A DNA stretch of 35,646 bases from Candidatus Woesearchaeota archaeon (GCA_003650545.1 QMQO01000012.1:1-35646), one strand, 5' to 3'. Counted from the stretch's first letter, positions 26,095 to 35,646 are shown. Notes: generated by a model not told the origin, from the letters alone. A program made the numbers and translations.

Positions 26095-27225
26095 ATGAAA
26101 CGATTAGTTATTGCATCCGATACATTTTTTCCGATGTATGACGGAGTTACTAGATTCATTGGTGAGATCGTACCTAGGCTTAAGAATGATTTTCTGATAA
26201 CCATAATCGCTCCTTCATATGATAAAACAAAGAAGGAGGTCTGGGAAGGGATACCCATAATAAAGATGCCAGTGTGTAGGCTGATTAAGGCTGCTGGCTA
26301 TCCAACCCCTATTCCTAGATTCTGTCGGATGTGGCGTATTATCGAAAAGGCAGATGTTGTGTTTGTGCAGTCCGGGCCTTTAATTGGAGGAGCAACTATT
26401 CTGATAAGTAAACTGCTTAGAAAGCCTGTTGTGATGTACATGCACCAGATTGGTTGGGAACAACTAGCCCATGTAGCTCACGGTCCTAAGTGGTGGAAAC
26501 TCTTTTTAAAATGTTTCACTAAGAACTATGCGCGATTTTTCAGCAACCTTTGTAATAAGGTTATTATTCCTAGTAAGGAAATCGAAACTATTCTTAGGAG
26601 CATTAAGATAAAATCAGATATTGTTCAAGCGCCTCTTGGTATCGATGTCGATGAGTTTACTCCTACAAAGGATATAGAATCTGCAAAAAAGGCTGTTGGC
26701 ATAGACCCAAGCAGGATTGTGATTGGTTATTGTGGTAGGATTAGCAAGGAAAAAGGTCTCGATACTCTTATAGAAGCTTTTAGAGACCTTAACAAAAAAT
26801 ATAAAAACTTGTTCCTGCTCGTTGTAGGAGAAGGAGAGAAAGATATTAAAGAAGCTATCGGTAAAGTTCCTAACACCAGGATTACAGGTTTTGTGAAAAA
26901 TGTTGTTGATTATTATCATGCAATGGATATATTTGTTTTGCCGTCATTGACCGAAACTACAGGTTTAACCATATTAGAAGCAATGTCTTGCCAGGTTCCA
27001 GTTGTGGTGACACCTGTTGGATTTGCATCGTACTTAAAGAACAAATTTAATGCGATGATTTTCCCTAAAAGGAGTGTTTATGTTCTTAAGAAAAGACTGG
27101 AAATTCTTATAAACGATCCAAACGAAAGGAAAGATATTGCAGAATCTGGAAGATTCACTGTTGAGAAGAGATTTACATGGACCACAACTTACAGGAAAAT
27201 TAAAAGGATACTTATGGAGTATTAA
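26095..27225 (+). CDS. GT4-family (GT-B) glycosyltransferase
   Basis: DTFFP..DGV, GRISKEKG, VVGEG, DIFVLPSLTETTGLTILEAM (E-X7-E). Confidence 0.92.
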   Translation: MKRLVIASDTFFPMYDGVTRFIGEIVPRLKNDFLITIIAPSYDKTKKEVWEGIPIIKMPVCRLIKAAGYPTPIPRFCRMWRIIEKADVVFVQSGPLIGGATILISKLLRKPVVMYMHQIGWEQLAHVAHGPKWWKLFLKCFTKNYARFFSNLCNKVIIPSKEIETILRSIKIKSDIVQAPLGIDVDEFTPTKDIESAKKAVGIDPSRIVIGYCGRISKEKGLDTLIEAFRDLNKKYKNLFLLVVGEGEKDIKEAIGKVPNTRITGFVKNVVDYYHAMDIFVLPSLTETTGLTILEAMSCQVPVVVTPVGFASYLKNKFNAMIFPKRSVYVLKKRLEILINDPNERKDIAESGRFTVEKRFTWTTTYRKIKRILMEY

Positions 27226-27248
27226 TAATAGTCTTTTATAATAGTCTT

Positions 27249-30200
27249 TTATATCTTCAAGCTGACGATCTTGCTCATGCCATGCTCGTTCATGCTAACA
27301 CCATATAATCGATCAGCTTCTGCAATTATACCATCGTTATGGCTTATAACAATATATTGAGCTTTTTCTGAATATTTCTTTATAAGTTCTGATAGCTTCT
27401 GTGAGTTATGCTTATCTAAAGCAGCATCAACTTCATCTAGCACATAGAAAGTGTGAGGATCATATTCTTGGATCGCGAAGATAAATGCTAGCGCTGTTAA
27501 CGTCTTTTCACCTCCTGATAATGAACGGACATCTAAGAATTTTGTACCGGAAAGATGAACCTTTATGTTAACACCCCCATCAAATGGATTATCTAAGTTG
27601 TCTAACTTTAAGAATGCACTACCTTTAGTTGTTAGAGCTTCAAAGAATCTCTGGAAATTTTTATTAACTTGTTCAAATGTAGCAGTGAAAAGTTCTTTCT
27701 TTTTTCCCTCTATCTCATCAATCATTGCAAGCACGTCATTTCTTTCTTTATTCAAAGTTTCTCGTTTTTCTAATAGATTTCGATATTCTCGCTCAGCATT
27801 ATCATATACTTCTAAAGCGCGCATGTTAATACTGCCAAGATTATCTACCAATTTTTCAAAATCAGATATCCGTCTCTTTAACTGCGACTCTGACAGATCT
27901 TCTTGAATTTCTGCTCCTTCGTAACGTTTAAACTCATCTTGTAGAGCTGATATCTCTGCAAGTAATCTTCCTATTTCCTCATTAACAGCGCCACTCTTCT
28001 CCTCGATAGAAATGATTCGTTCCTCTCTCTGTATTACTGATTTTTCATACTCTTGGATTTCATCGTTCAACTTTTGACGTGAACTAAACAGCGTTTTGAA
28101 CTGATTGTAAAAGTCTTTCTCTTGTTTTTCTTTTTCTATTAGCTGTTTCGACATTACTTCTATTTCTTTTTTCAGTTTCCTTATATCGGATTCAAAGTTG
28201 ATTTTTTCTTTTTCAAGTTGTTTTAGAACCTTATTGATATTATCATTCTCAGGCAATAGTATGTTTTGAAGCATCATCTCATCTCCTTTAGCTTCATTGT
28301 TTAGAGTTGTTAGTTGTTCTGCAATCTCTCTCTTCTTTTGTTCAAAGGCATTCAGCTCTGCAATCTTTGCTGGGTGGCGTAGTAAATTGATCTTCTCACG
28401 CAACTCCTGTTTCTTTATCTTGAGCCTAGCAAGTTTTTTGTTTTCTTCTGAAATGTTTGAGATAAGAGTATCAACTTCCTTTTCTTTCTCTGCCAGCTGC
28501 TTCTGTAGATTTTTTTTCTGATCCTTATCTGAATCAACATCACCTGAGTCTAAATGTAAAGATTTTTCCAGCTTAATAATCTCACCTTCTAATTCCGCTT
28601 TGAGTTCACGTAGGCGCATTATCTTTTCTTCATTTTCTTTCTTAGTTGATTCAATAACTGTTAGTTTAGAACTTATTTTTGCAATGTTTGCTGTGATCTC
28701 ATCGATATTATTCTGCAGCTCTTTTTCTTGAAAAGCGTACCCTGTTTTTTTAAGCTGTCTGTAGCCACCTTTCATTACTCCGCTCAGCTCAGAAATATCG
28801 CCATCTAAGGTCACCATCTTTGCTGTTCCAATTCCTAAACGTCTAGCAACATTTATATTGTCAACAACAAGGGTTTCACCAAAGACGTGTGAGAATACAT
28901 TCTTGTATTTATTATCGAATTTGATTAAACCTAGAGCAAGACCATGACATCCCTTATTTTTGGCAAGGTTTTTTGTTTCAGGTTTAATAAAAACAGGCTT
29001 GATCTTGTTTAATGGAAGAAATGTTGCAACACCAAGTTTATTTTCTTTTAGATACTTAATACAGCGGGCGGCTGTTGCATCGTTATCAACAACAAGACTT
29101 TTTATTTTAGAACCTGCTGCTACTTCTAATGCTTGTGCAAATTTTGAGTTAACCTGGCCAAGTTGTGATAGAGTGCCATGAATTCCGCGAATGTTCTTGT
29201 TTTCGAGCAAACGTTTAACCGCAATATCGCCAGCAACGAATTCCTTCATTCCTGCGCTTTTCGCTTTAAGTTTTTCAAGCTCTTCATTTAGCTTTGTTTG
29301 TTCTTCTTTTAACGTGTTAAGATTAATAGAGTTGTTAGTATCTTCTCTTATTGCTATATTAAGTTCAAGAGTTGCTTTTTTGAACAATTGGCGTTTTTCC
29401 CTTAAAATAGCAAGCTGTTCTTTTTGTTCTTTTTCTACTGCTAGGATTTTTTCTATCTTATCATCAACCGACTGTATTTGAAGCTCGATCCTGTCTTTAT
29501 CACGCAATAGATTTTGTTGTTGCTCGCGCATCTCCTGAATCTGTTTCTGGATCGCATCTGCTTCTTCATCTATTTTGTCCATTTCTTCTTCAACTGTTGC
29601 AACATCATCTAGCTTGTGTTTTTTCTTGAATTCTGTTATTTTTGTTTCTACTAGTTTTTGTTCTTTTTGTAAGCGCGCTTTTTCTTTTTCTCTGACCTCT
29701 TGTTTTTTCTTTAAGGCAGATATTTTTTCATCTATTTCTGCTTGTGCTTTCTGTAGTTGTTCAGTCCTTGATTTGATCCTAGAAATTTCGTTCTTGTGAC
29801 TTTCTATCTTGTTCTGCTTACTAGCTTGCTCTATTCGTATGCGTTCAACATCTTTATGGACTTGTAGCTGCTCGGCTTCACCTTTTTCTTCAATCTCTTT
29901 TGAAATCTTGTTGGCTTCAGTTTTGAGTTTTGATATTTTTTCTTTGTACTTAAGGATTTCTTTCTTTAGTTTTTGTATTTTTTTATTGTTCTCTTCAGAA
30001 AGTTTAACAAGGTTGTTTTTTTCAGTTTCTTTTTTCCTGATCTGGATATGGAGATTTGTTGCTTTATAATTATTTATTTGGTCATTTAGGTTCTTGTATT
30101 TTAGAGCTTGGTCACGATCTTTTTTTAGATCTTTTAGATATGACTCCCGCTCAGTTAGAATGATTTCGGCTTCCTTTAGGCGTTCCTCAACTCGTTCTAG

Positions 30201-32426
30201 TTCACGAATTGATTTTGCTTTTTTCTCTTCATATGTTGCAATACCTGCGACTTCTTCTATAATCTTGCGTCTTTCATCTGGTGACATCTCCACAAATCTT
30301 ATGATGTCACCTTGCAAAATTATGTTATATCCGTCAGGGTTTATTTTTGATTTGTCTAACAGTTCTAACACTTCTTGCCTTGTTCTTGTTTTATCATTTA
30401 TTTTGTAAATAGATTGTCCAGACTGTTTTACAATTCTACTTATTTTGATTTCTTCATCTGGCAATGGAAATGTTTTATTTTTGTTGTCAAAGTAGATTGC
30501 TACTTCTCCTTCTTTTGCAGGGTTTTTACTTTTGCCCCCATTGTATATTAGGTTTTTGGACTTCTCAGCACGCATACCTTTAGCAGAGCTTTTCCCAAGT
30601 ACAAATATCAAAGCATCTAAAATATTGCTATTGTGAATGAAAATACTATTGCCAATAAAGTTATGACAGTTAGGAATAGTCAAATCATAAACAAAGGGTT
30701 CTCCTTTAATTTTTCTAATAGAGGTCACTCTATCCCAAAAAATTTCGGAAGATGATATGACTTCAAAAAAATTAACAATTTTAATAGAACTATTAAGCAT
30801 TAATCTTATCTCTCTCTGAATAAAATCATATATTTTCTTAAGGTTCAAAGTTTTGGCTTTTATCTTTGAATCTGTCTTTGAATCAATCTGGGAATCTCCT
30901 CTCCGGTTTGAAGATATGTTTGACTTACCGAATCCAACAGATCCACCTACGAAATCATAAGATATATTCAACTCTTTTAATGTGTTCAAAAGAGAATCCT
31001 GATCTAGAATCATGTTTTTATGAATGTTTCTAATTTTATTTATTCTGTTTTTAAACATGGCTATTATTTCTTTTAGGCTTTTTCTAGTCGGGCAACTCCT
31101 GTTTTCAAGATAAGCTATTAATTTAGGATATTTTTTTCTCAAGGATCTATAGGATAACCTCAAGTCCTGAACGCCTTTTTTAATAAACACATTCACATTT
31201 TGCGGGAGAACATCCACATCCACATTGGAATTTGTAGAATCTGATTTCAGTTTTTTGATTATTATTTCCTCTAATTTTTTTTGTTTTGATGATTTTAAAA
31301 TGATGTTTTGATAAAATTTTTGTAGGTTGCTGTAACCATCTATATAAAGATAAAAATATTTGTCGCTTTTGGTTTTATTTTTAGTTTTTGTTGCACAATT
31401 GCTTTTTTCTTTTTTTCTTGAAATTATTCCGAATCTCAAAAGCAAAAGTTGTAATGTATCAATTAATTTGTTATTTTTAGTACAGTACTCTATTGTGGAA
31501 GTGCCTGACCTTATATAACCGCCACAATCATATAGCCCTGCAATTAAATTTGAGATTACAGAATTATTCGAAATTAGTAGTTCGGGAGGAATATTCTTGT
31601 ACATTGTTAATTTATTAAGTGGGGATCTGAATAGAGTACTTAAAAAATCAGAAATGTTTGTACTAAAACATGAAATTTTTTTAATGTTTTTTTCTATGTT
31701 TTTTTCTCTTCTTTCATGTATATGTACCTTTTTGAATAATTTCTGAACAAGATCCTTAAAATCAGCAACAAGATTTTCGTCGGAGTTAACAAACTCAATT
31801 TTGTTTTTGCTCAGATGACCCTTCCCAATTAAATAGCCTAAAAACCTTGCAAAATCTTCGGTTATTTTTTTGGGAAAATCTATTTTGAAATCTGTTTTGT
31901 TTACATTATTCAGATTTACATATTTTTTGTTTGAGAATTTCAGGATTCTTGGCGTTGCTATAAAATCTTCTTTAGTCAGATCTCGAACTAAAACACTTTT
32001 AACTTCCATTCCTTGAAGCGTCATGACAGGATGACAGCCTGTTGTAACAACCTTCTTACCTGTGTTAGTTGTTATTTCATACAAATATTTTTCTCCTTTT
32101 CTTTTAATAAAAGCAGAAATGTCTTTCTTTACAATCTTCATCGTTTTTGGGTCGAGGCCTAGACAGCGAATAATTTTAGGGTTATCTATTGTAAAGACAC
32201 CATCGTCCATTTTTATATGAAACCTTGAATTTTTTAGATTGTCTTCAACAATGTCTCCTATTTTAACTAGTTCACCATTATCAAGAAGGACTTCTGTGTC
32301 ATAACTACACGACTTCCCGCTACCATTTGGGCCAAGAACAACGTTAAATGTACCTCCAAACGGAATTTCTGTTTTCATGGCAAAGCTTTTGAAGCCTCGC
32401 ATCACCATTTTATTAATCTTCGTCAT
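27249..32426 (-). CDS. smc: Chromosome segregation protein SMC, intein-containing
   Basis: GFKSF, Walker A GPNGSGKS, Q-loop LQG, long coiled coils, hinge GIHG...G.ATFLPL, signature LSGGEK, Walker B LDEVDAALD, ISH. About 1165 aa after splicing. Start placed at ATG 32426 (AGGTGAT RBS). Confidence 0.97.
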   Translation of the reverse strand: MTKINKMVMRGFKSFAMKTEIPFGGTFNVVLGPNGSGKSCSYDTEVLLDNGELVKIGDIVEDNLKNSRFHIKMDDGVFTIDNPKIIRCLGLDPKTMKIVKKDISAFIKRKGEKYLYEITTNTGKKVVTTGCHPVMTLQGMEVKSVLVRDLTKEDFIATPRILKFSNKKYVNLNNVNKTDFKIDFPKKITEDFARFLGYLIGKGHLSKNKIEFVNSDENLVADFKDLVQKLFKKVHIHERREKNIEKNIKKISCFSTNISDFLSTLFRSPLNKLTMYKNIPPELLISNNSVISNLIAGLYDCGGYIRSGTSTIEYCTKNNKLIDTLQLLLLRFGIISRKKEKSNCATKTKNKTKSDKYFYLYIDGYSNLQKFYQNIILKSSKQKKLEEIIIKKLKSDSTNSNVDVDVLPQNVNVFIKKGVQDLRLSYRSLRKKYPKLIAYLENRSCPTRKSLKEIIAMFKNRINKIRNIHKNMILDQDSLLNTLKELNISYDFVGGSVGFGKSNISSNRRGDSQIDSKTDSKIKAKTLNLKKIYDFIQREIRLMLNSSIKIVNFFEVISSSEIFWDRVTSIRKIKGEPFVYDLTIPNCHNFIGNSIFIHNSNILDALIFVLGKSSAKGMRAEKSKNLIYNGGKSKNPAKEGEVAIYFDNKNKTFPLPDEEIKISRIVKQSGQSIYKINDKTRTRQEVLELLDKSKINPDGYNIILQGDIIRFVEMSPDERRKIIEEVAGIATYEEKKAKSIRELERVEERLKEAEIILTERESYLKDLKKDRDQALKYKNLNDQINNYKATNLHIQIRKKETEKNNLVKLSEENNKKIQKLKKEILKYKEKISKLKTEANKISKEIEEKGEAEQLQVHKDVERIRIEQASKQNKIESHKNEISRIKSRTEQLQKAQAEIDEKISALKKKQEVREKEKARLQKEQKLVETKITEFKKKHKLDDVATVEEEMDKIDEEADAIQKQIQEMREQQQNLLRDKDRIELQIQSVDDKIEKILAVEKEQKEQLAILREKRQLFKKATLELNIAIREDTNNSINLNTLKEEQTKLNEELEKLKAKSAGMKEFVAGDIAVKRLLENKNIRGIHGTLSQLGQVNSKFAQALEVAAGSKIKSLVVDNDATAARCIKYLKENKLGVATFLPLNKIKPVFIKPETKNLAKNKGCHGLALGLIKFDNKYKNVFSHVFGETLVVDNINVARRLGIGTAKMVTLDGDISELSGVMKGGYRQLKKTGYAFQEKELQNNIDEITANIAKISSKLTVIESTKKENEEKIMRLRELKAELEGEIIKLEKSLHLDSGDVDSDKDQKKNLQKQLAEKEKEVDTLISNISEENKKLARLKIKKQELREKINLLRHPAKIAELNAFEQKKREIAEQLTTLNNEAKGDEMMLQNILLPENDNINKVLKQLEKEKINFESDIRKLKKEIEVMSKQLIEKEKQEKDFYNQFKTLFSSRQKLNDEIQEYEKSVIQREERIISIEEKSGAVNEEIGRLLAEISALQDEFKRYEGAEIQEDLSESQLKRRISDFEKLVDNLGSINMRALEVYDNAEREYRNLLEKRETLNKERNDVLAMIDEIEGKKKELFTATFEQVNKNFQRFFEALTTKGSAFLKLDNLDNPFDGGVNIKVHLSGTKFLDVRSLSGGEKTLTALAFIFAIQEYDPHTFYVLDEVDAALDKHNSQKLSELIKKYSEKAQYIVISHNDGIIAEADRLYGVSMNEHGMSKIVSLKI
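30630..32309 (-). mobile_element. Intein (560 aa) with a degenerate LAGLIDADG homing endonuclease in the SMC Walker A motif
   Basis: Starts CSYDTEVLL directly after GKS; block B VTTGCHP; blocks C/E FLGYLIGKG and IAGLYDCGG; ends VYDLTIP..HNFIGN.IFIHN, followed by Ser+1 of SNILDAL. Confidence 0.96.
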
Positions 32427-32689
32427 AGTGCCTATCACCTGAGAGTTCTTCCCAGTGGTAATAATAAAGAGATTATTTATAAAGATTTTGTTTTATTTTT
32501 TATTGATTCTTGTCATATTACTTTATTTTTTTTTATTGGCTTGTATCTGCTTTGATAGATATTTATTTTGTAGATATTATTTTCTGATATTCTATATTTT
32601 AGTTGCATTATTTGATTCAATGCTCTTATTTATCTATATTTTAAAATTTATTTTATATCTAAAATTTATTTAAAAATTAAAAAATATTA

Positions 32690-33088
32690 TTAATCAGAAA
32701 TTATTTTAACATGCACTTTTCTGTTCCTTGGACCATCGAATTCTGCAAACATGCACCCTTGCCATGTACCTAACACTAAATGACCTTTGCTTATTAGTAC
32801 TGTTTGTGCACATCCAATTAAACTAGATTTAATATGCGCATCAGAATTACCTTCTGTATGTGCATAATCATTAAGCCTTGGTACTAGTTCTGCTAGCTTG
32901 TTTAGAATATCATGTTTAACATCGGGATCTGCGTTTTCGTTTATTGTTATGGCTGCTGTTGTATGTGGAACATATAAGATGCAGATTCCGTTCTGTACTT
33001 CTGATTCATGCACTATAGTTTCTACTTGAGATGTTATGTCCACTAGCTGATTTCTTGATGTGGTTCTAAGAGAGATTGTTTTTAACAT
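32690..33088 (-). CDS. yjbQ: YjbQ/UPF0047 family protein
   Basis: VDIT, PHTTAAITINENADPDV..D, HTEGNSDAHIKSSL, LGTWQG..FAEFDGPR.R; start at ATG 33088 (AGGTGAT RBS). Confidence 0.95.
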   Translation of the reverse strand: MLKTISLRTTSRNQLVDITSQVETIVHESEVQNGICILYVPHTTAAITINENADPDVKHDILNKLAELVPRLNDYAHTEGNSDAHIKSSLIGCAQTVLISKGHLVLGTWQGCMFAEFDGPRNRKVHVKIISD

Positions 33089-33093
33089 ATTTA

Positions 33094-33810
33094 TCACCTT
33101 TGTTGTATTTTTGGAGCTTTTTCATACGCGGCTTCAAACAGACGTTTCATTACATCTGCTACTGCTTTGTTTTTTATTAGAACCATTTCATTTCCTGGAT
33201 GTGGAGGGCTTATTAAACTGATTAAAATTCCTCCTTCATAAATTTTAATAGCGACAGCATCGTTATCAAAAGCACGAATGTTTTTATCAATCTTTAACCA
33301 CTTCTTCAAATTTTCCTTTGTTTCTTTATCATATCGCGCTAATGTTTTTAATATAGCCCCCCTCTTTTTTTCTTCTTTAAACTCTTTTATGAAATGATGA
33401 CTGAATTCTGATGTGTATCTTATTTTATATGAAAATTTTCTTGCTTTGACTTCTCTTACTAGCTTGTTAAAGCTGCGAGCACCCTTTGCAACAAAGATTT
33501 GTTCTCTTTCCTTCTCTTCATAATGCTTCTTCAGTTCATTTATATCTTTGTTCAATTGTTCCAACTCACTTCTTCTTTTTTTTAAAAGTTTGTTAAGATT
33601 TTCAGGATCAGAAGCTATAAATAGCTTTATTTTCTCTGGCACGATTTTAACAAGGTGTTTCCTGATTAAAGATTCTAATATATCATAAACCCTACTATAA
33701 GGGACGCCACTGTGTGAAGATATTTTTGAGGCTGAACTTTTACCTAACTTAACTAAAGCTTCATAAACCTTGCTCTCGTATTTGTTCAAACCAAGGATTT
33801 TGAAATCCAT
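33094..33810 (-). CDS. TrmB-family transcriptional regulator
   Basis: LGLNKYESKVYEAL...ISSHSGVPYSRVYDILESL canonical TrmB HTH. Confidence 0.92.
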   Translation of the reverse strand: MDFKILGLNKYESKVYEALVKLGKSSASKISSHSGVPYSRVYDILESLIRKHLVKIVPEKIKLFIASDPENLNKLLKKRRSELEQLNKDINELKKHYEEKEREQIFVAKGARSFNKLVREVKARKFSYKIRYTSEFSHHFIKEFKEEKKRGAILKTLARYDKETKENLKKWLKIDKNIRAFDNDAVAIKIYEGGILISLISPPHPGNEMVLIKNKAVADVMKRLFEAAYEKAPKIQQR

Positions 33811-33857
33811 GTATTAGTTAATATTTTTCTTTTCTATATAAATTTTTTGTTAATTTA

Positions 33858-33869
33858 CCACTTAAGTGG
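33858..33869. promoter_or_regulatory. Perfect 12-bp palindrome CCACTTAAGTGG, candidate operator
   Basis: Lies between divergent TATA-like boxes at about 33835-33842 (minus) and 33879-33886 (plus). Confidence 0.55.
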
Positions 33870-33942
33870 GGGCAAAAGTTTATATTCATGTGTTTGTAGT
33901 TGTCATTTATCAGTGATTAATGAATTAGTTTAGGTGGTGTAA

Positions 33943-34822
33943 ATGAAAAGCGCAAGAGATGTAGCGATAGCTGTAAAGAATATGGCATTACAAGAATTGC
34001 AAAAGTTAAATTATGTTCAATCAGTAACTTTGATAGGTAAAGAACCTGACAGGGATAGGATTATTGAGAGTGTTAATGATCTTGATACGATTATCATTGT
34101 TGAGGGAGATATGACTAAAGAAAAATATAATAAAATAGAAGAGATTTATATGAAGACTACTGAATTGAGTACACCTGATGTAGATGTTTCATATTCTATT
34201 AAAGATGGACCATTTAAGCCTGTGTCTGAAAAAGAAAAGGAAGTTTTTAGTCATGTTATACTTCACACTGAAGAGTCTTACTGTAGGAGTCCATTAATGT
34301 TAGTTAAGAATTCATGGCAATATGAAATGCCATACTTTGGAAAACCCGTAGCAGAAATTCAGAGTGTTAAAGGGGTTGATGAAGATATGTTGATTAATGG
34401 TGCACTTGGTTTGAACCATTTAATTGGGCTTGTAAAAAATGATGAAAGTGCATATCTTGATTGGGAAGATACAGATTCAGGAATAATGAGATCGAATATT
34501 TTTCCTCTTAAATTTATAGAAGCGAATGAAAGATTAGAGTTTTATTTTTACTCTATATTAAGGTGCGCAAGTAACACATTAAGATGGACTAACTGGGAAT
34601 AACCAGATAGGGATTGGTAAAGAGATGGTTCCTCTATTTGAAAAATATTGTTATGATTTTGCATATAAAAACTTGCCAAGGGAAGCTTATAAAGACAAAC
34701 GTCTAATGAGAAATAGACAATTAGTTTTATCTAAAAGGTTTGCAGATAGATATCAACAACAAACTATTGAGTTTTTGAAAACATTAAAAACTTATGTGAA
34801 AAGACTTAGATGTGAAACTTAG
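33943..34822 (+). pseudogene. Nucleotidyltransferase-fold-like gene apparently split by a +1 frameshift near 34588-34592
   Basis: ORF 33943-34602 has hG-x13-DLD (TLIG...NDLDTIII). The frame of ORF 34625-34822 is open back to 34583, so deleting one base gives a single protein of about 292 aa. Confidence 0.55.
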
Positions 34823-34827
34823 ATAGG

Positions 34828-35484
34828 CTAATACCCTTCTAATTTTCTTTGATGTTTTGCTTTTTTGATTTTTTTATAAGTGATCCATGTTTTTCTAAAT
34901 ATATCAGGATATTTTTCCCAATTTTTCTCAAGAAAACTACGAGTAACAGGATCGCTTGTGTAACCTGAACCAAAATCTTGGCCTATTTTCTTTTTTAATT
35001 GTTCTATTTTTCTATCGCGTACTACCTTTGCTATAATTGACGCGGCGGCAACAACAGGATGGTTAACATCAGCTTTATGTTCTGCTAGTAAATCTATATT
35101 TGGATTTTTCAGATGTATGTTCACAAAGTCAACATACATCTTTACATTATTACTTGGGCAATCTAGAATAACTTTGTCAGGCTTTAGTTTGTTGATGATA
35201 TTTGCACTCGTTATTGCCTCTAGCTTGTTCAGATTTAATGAGTCAGATTTTAAAGCTGCATCTATCTGAGACGGAGTAATAATTTCGATTTCGTGTTTTT
35301 TAGCTATCTTTAGAATTTCTTTATATAATTTTTCACGTTGATTTGGTGTTAATAATTTGCTGTCCTTTACTTTAAGAGCTTTAAATCTTAGTTCATCACC
35401 TTCTACAATTAAAATTCCACACATAACCATTGGACCAATTATAGGACCACGACCTGCTTCCTCTATTCCTGCAATTAATCTCAT
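34828..35484 (-). CDS. rnhB: Ribonuclease HII
   Basis: EAGRGPIIGPMV, VKDSKLLT, HKAD...PVVAAASIIAKV.RD, GSGYTSDP.T and C-terminal PIP-like QRKLEGY. Confidence 0.96.
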   Translation of the reverse strand: MRLIAGIEEAGRGPIIGPMVMCGILIVEGDELRFKALKVKDSKLLTPNQREKLYKEILKIAKKHEIEIITPSQIDAALKSDSLNLNKLEAITSANIINKLKPDKVILDCPSNNVKMYVDFVNIHLKNPNIDLLAEHKADVNHPVVAAASIIAKVVRDRKIEQLKKKIGQDFGSGYTSDPVTRSFLEKNWEKYPDIFRKTWITYKKIKKAKHQRKLEGY

Positions 35485-35646
35485 TGATATCTAAAAAAGA
35501 TAACTTCTTTTAAATGTTTCCAATTATTTATATAATATCAAGACTAAAAATTTTATTAGTAAACCAGATTTATAAGGTATTATGTTAATCGTATGGATGT
35601 CTTTTTCGTTAATAAAATTATTAATAAATTCTTTACAAACTTGTAA

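Noticed and set aside
27565..30408. Several 70-113 aa plus-strand ORFs within smc, and similar ones inside alaS, xpd and other genes
   Set aside because: Antisense shadows of long coding sequences with no independent coding signals.
32455..32673. 72-aa hydrophobic ORF between smc and yjbQ
   Set aside because: F/I/L/Y composition follows from very T-rich intergenic DNA; no RBS, and it overlaps the probable smc promoter.

Overview
AT-rich archaeal chromosome segment, most likely DPANN/Woesearchaeales-like. This is inferred from archaeal rps15, RecJ/GAN, archaeal AlaRS, Nre, XPD, RNase HII with a PIP box, TATA-type promoters, GGTGA ribosome-binding sites, BHB tRNA introns and several TrmB paralogues. 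It holds about 27 protein genes and two tRNA genes. Main observations: (1) both tRNA genes, Gln-CTG (191-340) and Gly-TCC (20938-21083), carry three BHB introns each, including D-loop and T-loop introns and a 6-nt micro-exon. (2) A roughly 300-nt run of six hairpins lies upstream of an unannotated 44-aa membrane peptide and an HD-GYP-like phosphodiesterase, a candidate RNA-regulated module. (3) SMC has a 560-aa intein in its Walker A motif, with an apparently decayed homing endonuclease. (4) Two genes resemble peptidoglycan-related families (MurL-like and 3D-domain). (5) Three divergent TrmB/cargo modules have palindromic operator candidates. (6) Short tandem duplications recur at gene 3' ends. 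All assignments come from motif reading by eye; no database searches or folding programs were run.
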